From Eledone cirrhosa (Eukaryota), in assembly GCA_964016885.1 (NCBI GenBank), contig OZ024743.1, forward strand, positions 287,184,001 through 287,248,000: a stretch of DNA of 64,000 nucleotides, in the 5' to 3' direction. The notes beneath the pieces were generated by a model that saw nothing but the letters and a program-made list of their open reading frames with translations, was not told where the DNA came from and did no database searches. This document shows positions 25,526 to 39,861 of the stretch, one piece after another; within the stretch, counting starts at the first letter, position 1; every line of letters starts with the position of its first letter. A program made the position numbers and the translations under genes.

Positions 25526-25980
25526 TCATCATCATCATCATCAACGTTTAACGTCCGTGTTCCACGCTTGCATGGGTTTGGACGGGGGTAGTCCCACTTG
25601 AGGCAAGAGTGATTGTCTTGCTCGCATAGGACTGTCTGGCAGGTTTTCTACAGTTGGATGCCCTTCCTAACACCAACCACATTTACAGTGTGGGTCTGGG
25701 AGGTTTTTACCGTGTTGCCTACACGGCCACATTACAGCGTGGACTGTGTGTTTTTTTGTCGTGACACCTACACGATCTCATTTGTTTCGGCCTCGATGGC
25801 GCGGCACCAACATAACTTTACATAGAACGGGGTGGTGTGGATGGGGTGGGGGTGGTGGTGGTGGGACGGGGTGTATTTTGTTAGAGATGCCTACTGGCTG
25901 GAGTAGGTTTTACTATATATTTAGGTAAGGCGAGTCTTCTCTGTTACTGAGTACCGCCAAAGGTCTCGGTCCAGTGACAT
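25526..25980 (-). mobile_element. 3' end of the same RTE family, heavily 5'-truncated
   Basis: Reverse complement of ~17832-18283 including the (GAT)n tail. Confidence 0.9.
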
Positions 25981-28900
25981 ATATATATATATATGTGTGT
26001 GTGGTGGAAGGGGTATGTATTCTGGAGTTGTATTATTTGAGACCATATGTTGAAACAGAATTACATCATGGAAGAAGTCATTTTAGCCGAATAAATAAAT
26101 AAATAAAATGCAACGAGTTGCGATGCAACTATGTTAGTGACACAGTGCAAGTAGTGCAACTAACTTTTTGACACCAGGAAATAAATGAAATAAATAAACG
26201 AATTACCTGTACAGGCAATATTTATTAGAATGTTGAAGTGTGCATACATTTTTATATATAAAGTTGAAAAGGAGAAAAGCTTCATACAGATGAAAGGTAA
26301 TAGTTAAAAAGTAAAAGTAAAAAAGCGCAGTATATTTAAAGATTATTTTTTTACTTTAATCCAACAGAATGAATAATTTAATTAAATTTTGTCAAATATT
26401 ACCATTTTCTATTGGTATCAATCTTATCGGATATTAAATATATATATATATATATATACACATACACCATGCATACCTTCATAAAAGGAAATATCAAACA
26501 CGTACTTTAATTCAAGCGTGTGTCAAAACTATATAGGATATATTTCGGTAACAAATTATATACACCGTATATGATGCGCCTCTATCTTTCATACATTTAT
26601 AATGTACCTTATATTTCAACTTGTCGCATATTGATTGTTCAAGTGGAAATACATAACACCCACACACAAACACAGGTAAATTGACATGAATTGTTATATA
26701 CATTTATAGTGTTTGTTTAAATATCAAATGTGTGTGAAAATGTTAATATATAATTAACTAGTGTTTCAATTAAAAAACAAACAAAAGCAACACACACATA
26801 CACACACAAAAAAAAAACGAAAGTGGATAGTCGCCTGCTTATGGAAGGTTATTGGTGAAATAAGGACGAAGGTTAGAATAATTAAAACTATTACGAGAGC
26901 GAGAGACGTCAGCAGGATTATAAACAGGCTGTTAGAAAGTAGTAATGATTTCCAACAAAGAAAGACATAAGGCGACAAACTATAGAGGGTGGGTACAGTC
27001 AATTAAATCAATACAATCATCATCATTGCCAAAACCGGTAGAGCGTTGAACGAAATGATTAGCGGTTATTTATTAACGCCCGTTTACATTCTGAGTTCAA
27101 ATTCTGCCGGAGTCAAAGGCCAAACTTTTTGTCCATTCTTCTAAGAGTGCTTCAAAATCATACTGACTGATGACCCTGTGATCAACAGGCGAAACTCTAG
27201 AGTAACAAGACTCACTATTTAGCCATAATAAAATGATTAAAACTCTATTTCGCTATTGAGTACTCTTTTCTCTCAGCCGCCAACCACATACGTATATATA
27301 TAATTACTTAGTGTTACTCTGAGTTATCTCATTAATATAATCAATATATAATAATCTCTATTTTGGTATTGCTCACTTTTTGTAAACCTTTTAATCAAGT
27401 ATTCAACATAATCGACTATAACCAAAAACTGTGGTCTAGTTGTTCATTTTAGAAACCAAGTCTATAAAATAAAATACCAGATAACTACTGAGGTAAATTT
27501 AATCCACTTCCCCCACCCAAATGACTTGCCTTGTGCCTATATTAAAAACCATTCTTACTATTATTAGAGGGGTGGTGGATTGGCAGAATTATTAAGGCAT
27601 CGGATCAAGTGCTTTGTGGCATCTAATTACAACCTTTGACATTCTGACTTCAAATCCCGCTGAGGTCAACTTTGCTTTTGATCCATCAAAGGTCGATAAA
27701 ATAAGTACCAGTCAAATGCTAGGGTTAGACACTGCCTTCTCCACCCTTTTAACAATAAAAAAAAAAGACGCTAGAAATTGCCGCGAAACAAGAAGGACAC
27801 TATCTTATGACATGTGCAATGTCATAGTTACAGTGGTGTAGTCACACCTACACCATTGTTAAATGAAATATAGTACATCCAGGTTCTCTCCACAAACAAT
27901 TCATCCGTCACACACTTTCTATAAATTTATCAATAGATTTATAATGAATTCCTCAAATTTCTAGGCGATGGTAATAAGAAAAATAGAAAGTTATGATGTT
28001 CCTGTATTTGTGACATAATTCTATAACTGGGTGAACCGGTTTAACACCACTACTCCGCCTTCAAAGGCCTTTAATAGAGCCCATTTTGTAGCAAAGATTC
28101 GGGTTAAATCTTGAGTTTGAGGGTATCTTACTTCGGTCCCGGAGGTTTTGAAAAGTTTCAAGGACAAAACAGGGGAAAAAAATTCTTCTGACTTAGATAC
28201 AAAAATAAAGTCAACCATGTGCGTTGATTATGGTAAGGGGTATTGATCCTATTGAATCGATGATATTTTGTTTTAAGGAATTCAAATAGATGAAACTGAG
28301 TTAGTCCTGGTAGAGAACAGAGAGGCATTGAATAAACTAAGGAAAGCACCTGGAATAGAATAGACCTCCGTCGGTTTCCAGGATGTATTCCATCTGTACG
28401 ATCAATGGGACAGCTTGCGCATGAAATTAACGTGTAAAAGTGGCTAGGCATTTAACAGACACGTGTATCCCTAATTTTTAGGGAGATTCAGCATAACGGG
28501 CTTCCAAATAGTTTCCATCCACCTAATTTCACTGACAAGGCATTGTGGGTCAACCCGAAACTATAGTAAATGATATTTGCCCAAGGTGCCAAGAAATATG
28601 ATGGAACTCGAGATCTTATGAACTTGTTAATCATTCGGCCATGGAAGTGACTCGTCTTCGAAATTACTCACAACTTAGAATAGACATAAAAAGAAAAGTG
28701 TTACTTCTACACTCTTCCGTTCACACTAAAAAGGAAAACCCTATGCGATTACTCAACCCACTAGAAATAATAACCATAACTAAACAAAATCACACCATAA
28801 CTTAAAAAGAGATACAATGGATAATTGTTTCTAATTTTGGCACAAGGCCAGCAATTACCTCAGTGCATTACTGGTGCTTTATTTTATCGACCCCGTAAGG

Positions 28901-29375
28901 ATGAAAGGCAAAGTTAACCTCAGCTGGATTTGAACTCAGACCGTAACTCTATGCTGCAAAGAATGGCGTCCGACCCTTTACCGATACTGCCAATATAGTC
29001 AAAGTACTATGAAATTTTGACGAACCAACGAGGAAACCTATATGCAGTCACTTAAATTGCTAAAAATAACAGCCAAATCTTTCAAATCACACCTTACTGT
29101 CTTTTTTAAAAAAAGGAACACATTGGATAACGTAGTCTTAGATATACTATGACTGAAAAGCAAACAGACAAATAAAAAAAGAGGGTGGGTATAGACAGAA
29201 TGACCTTCATCATTAGGCTGACTGAGATGAGGCTAAATAATATGGAATTTTGACAACAGATTTCCTAGCAAGAATGAGGAAGTAGAATTTTTTTTTAAAT
29301 ATTAGAATTCGGCGAACTTCATCGTGCCCACACAAACTATTAAAAATAGCACTCGAATCTACCTCAAATCGCACA

Positions 29376-29447
<72 letters not shown>

Positions 29448-30337
29448 CACGTTTGCATATTTCTAATTGTTTAGCTCCAGGTGAAACCCCATACATGCAG
29501 ACCTATGGTTAAAGGTATTCCAGTCATAACCACACCGTCTTCTTACGGTTATGGATGACTACATCACTGTTTCCCTTTTCCTAAATAATATTGTGTAAGG
29601 TGGGATTTGAGGGATATTTTGCTGCTATTTTTAGCAGCTCGAGCGATCATGCAGAGGAGGCATCCTAGTTCATTGGAATTCTTTTGATCATAAATATATT
29701 CAACAAGGGTTAAACTACAATAAGTATCAGTCTCTAATTCGGTAAAATGAAGAAAGCGAAGTTCTATGACAGGAAAATAAATCTCCCTTAAAATCCTTAA
29801 TATCTCCTTTGGTGGACAATATAGAGCAATCCTCTTAAGTTCACTTTTCTATGTTGGCATGTGTTGGACGGGTCAAAATTAACTTCTCTGCACGGCACAC
29901 AAACTGATCTTATTTCATAGATTTCAAAAAGTATTGAAACCTGCTTGTAATATTCTTTATACATCTACGAATGCACATGTGTTGTATCCGAGCGTCACTG
30001 GGTGTTTCGAGTCATACAACATATCTCCATCAATGTGAGCCAACTGAGATACATGAAGCCTCAGCATGTGTCCAGGTGGCACACATTTTACTGATCCCCA
30101 CCGCTCACTCTATAGCCATCTAGATGTCCTCCCTACTGCTTTTGACAGCTCTTGTGCTTACTCCCGTAATGCTCAGGGTTCCACAAACTTTAATAAGGAA
30201 ACTATTTGCGAACCCTCGACTGCCAGAAAAAGAACGAGTGATGACAGCAGTAGTAACTAGGGTGGTGAACAGACATGCGTGAGTATAAGTCCTAAGATTA
30301 GATATTTTCTGTTTCAAGTTTTGACCCAGCTTAATCA

Positions 30338-30600
30338 GTAGCATAGCGGAAGGGTTAAGAAGTTCGATTCACAATCACGAAGCCCCAAGTTCGATCGCAA
30401 AACTCGTGAGTGAAATTGGATAGGCGGACAGTGTTTAGGTCGTGAAATGGACTGTACCTGAATCTCGTTGTGAATTACGTTAACGGTTCATGTTTCGGTG
30501 AATTACAGTTACACGTTATTTAAGTAGTAAGCCGTTCCATTGAATAAACAGCTGGAATACACATGGCTGAAACCGACGGAGGTCCATTTATCTTTATAGT
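30338..30600 (+). mobile_element. Decayed tRNA-derived SINE
   Basis: AGCATAGCGGAAGGGTTAAGAAGTTCGATTCACAATCACG..AGTTCGATC tRNA-like head; body resembles the reverse complement of 28380-28440. Confidence 0.45.
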
Positions 30601-33600
30601 TAGCGTTGATCAAGAAAAACGCCTTTAGACACGATGGAAAGAAACTGTTTTCTTCTGGCTCATAGAATACACTAATAACATAAGGTCACTTCTTTTTTTC
30701 AGGAAAGTTAAATAGTCGATTGGATCATTTCTCAGTGTATTACTGGTACTTGTAATATCGATCTTGGAACGATGAAAAACAAGGTCAACTACAATGAGAA
30801 ATTTGATAGTGTGTCTACTCAACAGGGGTTTGTGGACAGATTGTGAGCCGCCGCATCAAAACAAAACCATCGTTTACATTACACAAAATTTATACAAGAT
30901 AAATTCGAGATGACTGAGTCTTTCTGAAGTGTTACTCTCTCGGGTGAGGGGGCGTTAAACAGTATCTGTTGTTTGGCAATGCTCTTACAATGACACTGTA
31001 CACATGAGAGGGCTACACACCCACAAATTGCACAAATCAGTTTATATGGAAATATTAAAATAAGTTGCGACCTTGAGGCATAAATTAATAAATCCACCTG
31101 AAATATGAAACTACACTAGTTTCTCAAAATGTGTTTTAAAAAAGCTACCGCTTTAATTATAAAATTATCATTTTTTAAATGAATAAACTCTCTCTCTAAA
31201 ATAAATTGTTTTATTTAATGTTTTATTCAGGTGGTGGAAATTGTCCATTCGTAAAGCAGGGGTATAGGTTCCGCGACAAAATAAGTTGTATTAATATATA
31301 ACACAGTAAAAATAATACAGCATCTCAATATTTCCTCTATCGCTATTCCATGAAAAATGATAACAAATATCAATAACTTTCCAGAAACAATGATAGATCT
31401 TCACACACGCACACATACATATAGTGTCTGCGGTACGGAGAACAGGAAGACCACAAATCAGAGATACATGGTATGATGCAGAGTGGGTATATTAGTGAAG
31501 ACCGTCGGGCCTCTACCTTACTAACGCACACACACTATATATATATATTTATTTATATTTGAAAAGGGAAGTAAGGTTCTATACAAAACTGGTTATAGAG
31601 AAAAGGTGAAATTGGAAATAGCACGGAAAATATATTTAAGGGTCTGTTTTTCTTTTTATCCCCACCCCCACCTTTGATTCGTCAAAGTGACATTATTGAA
31701 ATAATTGTTTCTACTTTTTGGCACAAGGCCAGCAATTACTCAGTACATTACTGGTACTTTATTTTATCGACCTCGTAAGGATGAAAGGCAAAGTTAACCT
31801 CGGCGGGATTTGAACTCAGATTATAAAGGGACATAACTATGCTAGAAAGCATGGCGTCTGACCCTCTACCGATACTGCCAATTCACTACTGAGAGGGACA
31901 ATTCTTTTTAAAAAGAGTTTTATAATGTATATAAAGTATAACTGGTTTCGATCTATTAGTAAAATTCATCTCATCAAATGTTGAGTATTAGAATTAATAA
32001 GAATTAAAAACTAAAAATTAAAGATTTAAAATTAAGTGTTGAGGAAAGTTTTTCCATCTTCCTATATATTATAAATGATATTGGTGAGAGACTAGAAATC
32101 TTAGGGGCAGGCCATCACATTTGTTGTTAGGACCCAGATGCAACATGATGAATTAGAACCATAATTATAAGTATTCAACCTATGACCGTCCCATAAATAT
32201 ATTAAGAATTACATTATCTAATAAATACTTCCTCTTTTATTCTTAAGATGATCTGAGTGATTTTAGCTGCTACATCTAGCAATTGAGTAAAGGTTCCATG
32301 ACCGGTTCGTATCGACCCTTGTTTGTGTATTGAGTACTCAATCTCGCGTTCTTTAATGCTAAATGGTTACATATACGAGGGAGAAATTGATTCTTTGGGG
32401 TGTCCTCGAAACAAAAGTTATCAAGTATGCACCCCCACCACCATTGATGGCCTAGTGCTAATGTGAGAACGCATTATGATTACTTTTATTACTATTGTTA
32501 ATATAATTTCTTTAGCTAAACTGATCTGCAAAACATTTCCGTCATAAACCACATGGGCATTAAACATGTGTGGGACACTACTATTCCGTATCCAGAATAT
32601 TTTGAAAAGCAGATACAACTAAGTGTAATAGATAGATAAAATAGATAATTATATTTACACAATTTATATAATGAATATTATTTACAAAAGAAATAAATGA
32701 TTAGAAATTGATCAGAGAAAATGAAAGAAAAAGAAACGGGGGGAATAAATATACACGATACATCAAGGAATGAGTGTTTACTCCTAAAAGTTTGAGGCAA
32801 GCCAAGACACTCGAAGATTTGTCGAGGGTGATAGTACGGCTAAGGCGCTGGAATAACCAAACACCCTCACAAACATCATCAGATACTTAAGTATGGCAAG
32901 CCATCAACAATGACAAGAACCTCATTGCCAGAGGCCTAATTCCTCCAGATACCATAGGCTGAAAAAATACTTCACCAATAATACATATTTCAGAATACTA
33001 TTGTTTGACTACAGGTGCAGTGAGCCCCACCTTCGCTGCAACATCCAGGATATGAGAGGGAGCGAAAGAGTCGCTGACTGTAGTGTCTCATATGAAGCAT
33101 CGCAACGGGTAAGATTATAGGGCCTTTTCACATTGACTCTGGACAATCCAACTGACTGCTGGCTCAATTCGATATGATGAGCGAAGCGACCTCATTGAGT
33201 CAACATGACAATCCATGAAGACCCATGGAATCAAGGGGCTTGCCACATGGAGATGTGAGGCTAATTCTGACCGAGTAAGCCATCGGTGTTGGGCACAGGC
33301 AAAGCATCGACCCAGTCACGAAAATAAGCGACACCTTGAAGTGTAGTATTGTAATTTTCAGAATGCATTTTTATACGTTTTTAGATGTGTGTGTGTGTGT
33401 ATATATATATTCAGGTTTGTAAAAAAAAAAAATCGTCTTTTCTGTATGATATAGATTAACTATGATGACTGCCAATAAAATCAAATTATATGCAGGCATA
33501 CCGGTTGAACGACCCTCAAAATGTGTATAGATAAATGTGTGAATATCTCTATTCACACACATACATATAAGTATTTGGCACTTGAATACATATATACAGC

Positions 33601-35386
33601 TATTATTATAAACAAAGTTCAAACCCCGCCGAGGTTAACTTTGCCTTTCATCCTTACAGAGTCGATAAAATAAAGTACCAGTAATACACTGAGTATTTGC
33701 TGGCCTTGTGCCAAAAGTAGAAACAATTATTATAAACAAAGTAATTTATTGCTTTAACACATGTATACGCATATTCTTACGTACACAAGTATTTATTACA
33801 TAAACGCTAGTGTGCATTCCTTATACATACTAAGGTGTACATTATATGTATAAACAGATATACTAGATTACTTGTATATGTGGGTGTGTACATGTACACA
33901 TACGAACATACACGCACACAGAACATTGAAGACCGTTTATTAAAGTGCTAGAATGGAATGTAATTAAAACGACCCCCCCCACACACACACACACAGTGAA
34001 AAAAACATGCATTCGTACTCAATAATTACATCCTGTTGTTGACAGGAAGAGCGAAAGTAGGGATGAATCGCAGAGTTGAGAGAGAGGATGTATCCTGGCC
34101 AGTTAATGAAGACCTCAATAATGTTATGATTCATTTGGCATAATACTGAACATTATTATGATTTAAGGAGACACAAGAAATGCCCCTAAAATGGACACTA
34201 ATGAAGAACAAAACCACAAATAATCACAGACGATACACTGCCGGTAGCAGTTGGTTTTGAGGCCAGAGTTAATTTAACAGTATTACAAATATAACTTTTG
34301 GAGATAATTGATAATAAATGATGAATTCTTAACGAATTACACGTTATGTAAAATCAGTAAATAAAATTGACCTACGAATTTGTGGTTCTGTGTATAGTCT
34401 ATAGATACATACATACAAACATACATATATGTACACACACATATTACACATAAATATATTACATAGTTATTTACAACCTTCACTATATACAAGAGTAAAA
34501 GAAAAAATAACGGATTTATTTCGTTAACTAAATAATTTTACAATTAAACTAATGTTTTGAAAAATGAAGAAACATCGGGAATCTCTTTAGGATTAAAAGA
34601 ATAAAGTATACGTTAAATAAATCATATATCATGTGTATGACTTATATTTACGCCTGTACATCGGTTTTCACTCTCACCCTGTTAAATAATTGACAACTGT
34701 AGGTTGGAATTAAAAGTAAGACGACGATATATATTATATAGAAATGACTTCTACTGGACTAGAACTGTTTCATTTGTATGAAATCAACTGGAGAGATGTC
34801 TATACTCTACTAACGTATTTAGTCCCTTTTTTAAACTGTGGTCACCTCCCAATACATATCAGCAATCCATCCATTATATAATATACAAATATATATATCA
34901 GCTTCATATATAGTTTAAATTAAATTCTAAAAACATGATCGAAGAAGCAGATACCTGTAGAAGTAATTATAGTAAGTTATCTCTCTCTCTTATATACACA
35001 CATATATATACACACACATATGTGTGTATATAAATTGATTGAAATCTACAAACTGAGTCGTGTGTGTACCATATCTATAAAGGTTATGGTACGAGTTTGT
35101 ATTTTATAAATGAATTGACCATTCGGTTTGATGTGTATGTAGATATATATTCATTCCGAAAGAGAGAAATTTAATTGTTTTTAAAGGAAGGTTATACACA
35201 CTATATATATCTTTCGTTTTAATTCTATATTTTATGTGAAATATTTATGTAATTAAGTGTGTGTGCATTATGAGTTGACTGTCCGGTTGTTTAATTATAG
35301 AAATTATTTCCGTGTGTGTGTGTATATAATTTCGAAAAAGACATTTATTTAACAGCAAATGTTTTTAACAGGTTACATACACATGC

Positions 35387-35425
<39 letters not shown>

Positions 35426-35939
35426 CGTGGTGTGTAAGATTCGGTGACATTTATATACCCTTTTTTTTAAAAACTCACATACGTTCAGGTATATACACCC
35501 CAACTTCTCAAGAAATACCTAACTCAATAATAAAATAAAATGTTCAAAATCAAGCAATAATAGATTCGAAGTTTAAAAAATTAAGAAAAATAAAGAATGA
35601 ACCACCGAATCGGTTAATTTAGATCTCAATGGAAGGAATAAAAATAAAGAAAACAGTCCAAAGAAAAGATAAATACATTGAAAAACGACACGGAACCTTT
35701 TAAGAAACAAACTGGCCTGCCTTAAGGATTATTAAGATAAACAAATTTAAAGGTTTTTTTAGTTGACGACGAGGGTTTTAAACAAGGATCGTATTTAAAT
35801 TAAAATAAAAAATATGACTACAGCCATAATATTTACAAAATTGTTATAAATATATAAATACATGTATACACATATCTATCTCTATACACCTCTTTCTCTT
35901 CACTTATCTCTATATATGTATATATATCTATATAGATAC

Positions 35940-35982
35940 CTTGTTTGTTGTCTGTTCTACTTAACTTGTCTGGATCGGCCAT
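35940..35982 (-). CDS. Candidate first coding exon of an unidentified gene (MADPDKLSRTDNKQ, phase 1)
   Basis: CAAAATGG start context, 43 nt open, AAG|GTATCT donor, non-TE surroundings; no homology recognised. Confidence 0.3.
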
Positions 35983-36049
35983 TTTGCAAGTTCTTTCTCT
36001 CACCCACCTCTTACTCCTCCTCTTTCCTTCCCCCCTCAGTGTTTAGTTT

Positions 36050-36750
36050 TTGTTGTTGTTGTTGTGGTGAGGGTGGACGTAGTAGAAGATGGTGGTGGAG
36101 GTGTTAACCGTGTCAATTGTACTGGTAGTGGGGGGCATTGTGGTGGTGGTAATAGTGTGTAGTATTGTGTTAGGGGTGATGACGGTGGTGGTGAGTACTG
36201 TAGTGATGGGTGTAGTGATAGGGAGGTGGTGGCAACAGTCGGTAGTGTGTAGTGATAGACGTGGTGATGGCGATGGCGATAATGAGCAGTGTTGTGATGA
36301 GAGTGATGGTGATGGTAGTGATTGTAGTGAGTAGTGTAGTGATTAGAGTAGGGTGGTGTTAGTACTGTGTAATCATAGGGGTGGGGGATGATGATGGTAG
36401 TAGTGAGCAGTGTTATGATACGGATGGTGGTGATGGTGGTCGTCGTAGTGGGTAGAATAGTGATAAAATCATGACGGTGGTGAATAGAGTGTAGTGATAA
36501 ACGTGGTGATGGTGATAGGGGTGATGATGGTGATGGTGTTGAAAGTAGTAGTTGTTGTGGCGATAGTGTGTAGTGTGTAATAATGGAGGTGGTGGTGATG
36601 GTAGTGATAGTAGTGAGTAGAATGTAGTAATCGGGGTGGTGGTGGCGGCGTTAATTATGGCGGTAGTATTTATGATAATGCTTGTGGTGCTGATGGTGTT
36701 ATTTGCGAAGGCTGGAGGCGAGGAGTAATGGTAGTACTAGTTATTATTGG
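36050..36750. repeat. Degenerate (GGT/GAT/AGT)n low-complexity tract
   Basis: GGTGGT/GATGGT/GTAGTG reiterations. Confidence 0.85.
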
Positions 36751-36971
36751 TTGTAACTACTGTATAGATTAGGAAGGCAGGGATGAGGGGAAAAAAATAG
36801 GAAGATAAAAAGCAGAATTAGAAAGCGAAATAGAGATAGAAACGCGTATCAAAATTTCTCTTTCGTTTCTTTCTCTCTATCTCTAGTTTCTCTATAGCTA
36901 TCTATCGGAATCTCCCCCCTCTCTAGTTCTCTCTCTCTATCTATCTATCTATCTATCTATATATCTATATA

Positions 36972-37021
<50 letters not shown>

Positions 37022-37111
37022 ATTTGTATATATATACATAAATATAAACACCTCCCTTTTTTACTTTTACTTCGTCTAGCCGATGATTTGAGGCCATGCT
37101 GGGACACTGCC

Positions 37112-37180
<69 letters not shown>

Positions 37181-37186
37181 GAATTC

Positions 37187-37241
<55 letters not shown>

Positions 37242-37787
37242 GAGAGAGAGAGAGAGGGGGAGAGAGAGAGGAAGTGTGGGACAGAGAGAGTAGAGAAGAG
37301 CACAATTTTTTTACACACATCTATATCTATCTGAGTGTTAGGGGAAGATAGAAAGAAATGAGAAAATTAAGAAAAAAGAAAGAGAAGTCGTTTGAGATCA
37401 AGAGCAAAAAGAACAAGGAGAGATAGATTGTGGCAGAAAGAAAGAGAGAAAGAGAGACGAAGAGATCAATGAAGATAGAGTACGTGTATGCGTGTATTAG
37501 ATAATCCCTTTTCTCTGTCACACACACCCTCTTTCCTTCTATATATAGAGAGCAACAGAACATGAAAGCAGGAGAGAGATTACGACACAAATCACCACAC
37601 CAACATATGCGTTTCCTATCTATATTTCCATGCCTCTCGAAATGTATCAATATATCAATTTCACTTTCACTACACACATACACGGGTAAACACGAATACA
37701 CACACACACACACACGCGCGAGCACATGCACACACACACAACACTCAAACTCTCAGCACCCTTCCTAATTATATCTATCTACCTCTC

Positions 37788-37878
<91 letters not shown>

Positions 37879-37880
<2 letters not shown>

Positions 37881-38072
37881 GTTATTCCGGGTTGAATCGG
37901 AGGTAACCACAGTAAGTAAGGTACTCAATACATAGCAGAGTATAACAGTTTTAATATAGATGAGATTCTACAGGACTAGAACTGTTTCATTCATTAGAAA
38001 TCATCAGGAATCTGATGATTTCTAATGAATGAAACAGTTCTAGTCCTGTAGAATCTCATCTATATTAAAACT
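37879..38072. repeat. pLTR with fold-back; complete hammerhead on minus strand (37964-38012) and partial copy on plus
   Basis: GTTTTAATATAG...TCATCAG-gaat-CTGATGA...CTATATTAAAAC; same family as 3746-3886. Confidence 0.88.
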
Positions 38073-38089
38073 ATATATATATATATATA

Positions 38090-38289
38090 GGAAAAAGTAT
38101 GACCCCGACGGCAGAGCTCAAGCCGTTTCGACGGCTATTTCTGAACTCCAGAGTCCAGAAATAGCCGTCGAAACGGCTTGAGCTCTGCCGTCGGGGCCAT
38201 ACTTTTTTTTAATTTCCCACTCTACTACCCTAAGTATTGAGTACTCTGGTGCGTTATGGTTCATTTGGTTCCTTACCACAAGTCCTTTG

Positions 38290-38292
<3 letters not shown>
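38090..38292. repeat. Hairpin-capped PLE-type terminal repeat in (TA)n (related copy 57130-57332)
   Basis: ~55-60-bp inverted arms containing GCCGTCGAAACGGCTTGAGCTC, then a shared CCCACTCTACT..TAAGTATTGAGTACT..CCTTACCACA tail. Confidence 0.8.
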
Positions 38293-38349
<57 letters not shown>

Positions 38350-38698
38350 GAGAGAGATATAGATATATAGATATAAATATATATAGATATATGTATACAG
38401 AGAGAGAGAGAAACAGAATTACAACAAACACACAAACACACATGTGTAGGTGTATGTGTTTTTCTGAAAAATAATTTCTCCCGTTATCTTTCATTACACT
38501 CGTCTATATTCCCATTTCTCTTTCTCTCTTCTCTCTCCTATTCTATCTTCCGATGAAGAGGTAACGTCTAAAACGTTAAGATTCTTTTCTTACTACATCA
38601 AGAATTCAACCAATAATCAACGTCATTGTACTGCAGTTTTTCGTTGTTGCCCCCCCTCTCTCTCTCTCTCTCTTTCTCTCTCTCCACACACGCACATA

Positions 38699-38746
<48 letters not shown>

Positions 38747-38852
38747 TATATATATATATAACTATATATATAACTATTAAGCTCTGTTACCTACATAGAG
38801 CACTCTTTTTTCCTGGACTTTTCCGACGGAATTACTTCATTTATACATATAT

Positions 38853-38961
<109 letters not shown>

Positions 38962-39012
38962 TGTATATATATATAAATATATACACATATATATATATAT
39001 ATATGTGTGTAT

Positions 39013-39093
<81 letters not shown>

Positions 39094-39861
39094 GTTTTCT
39101 TCTCTTTGCAAAATTTGAATTTTAGCCATGTTATATTGAGATGTAAGTAAATGTAAAATGTAAAATATAAATAAGGATTGCTCTGGTATAATATACTAAA
39201 ATATTTGTGTAACTTCCACAAACTTCTGTCGTGACATCCCCGAGTCCAGTGACCAAAAAATTGTTGTATTTTGATGTTTCAGAATACAAAAATTAATTAA
39301 AAACTAATTAATATAATATGTATCATAATCTATAAAGCTCAGTGTGTGGTGATGCTCCTTTCTTATAGAAATCTACTATATAGAATTTCTTCAATTGAAA
39401 TTTACAATTCAGTATTCGAAATAGTTTCGATTGCGTCTTGGCACATCTCATTTTTTCAATTTCACCCACAATTACGCAAAAAATAGATAAAACTCAATAT
39501 TTTACGATTTTTCTCTGTCATTTAAACTGCTAAACTCTTTCCACTACCATTCAAAATCTATACAACTTCATACTTTCTGCTACTTTCTCTTTCCAAGCTT
39601 GATGGTAATACTGTCCGTTTTACTCTCTGATATCATCTGCATACCTCTATCTACAACCCACACATTTTGCTACTTTCTCTTTTATACTTCAAATTATTAC
39701 ATTTCATACGAAACGATAATTATTCGAAAGCAACAGATACATTTATTCAACAACAAGCGATAAATCTTTTTTAAAACCTCTTTTCCAAACGCATACAAAC
39801 ACACACTCACTTCAACAACAACAACAACAATCTGCCTTTTATAGATAATGATAAACAATTA

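Noticed and set aside
36089-36334. Val/Gly-rich membrane protein ORF
   Set aside because: Low-complexity GGT/GTA repeat
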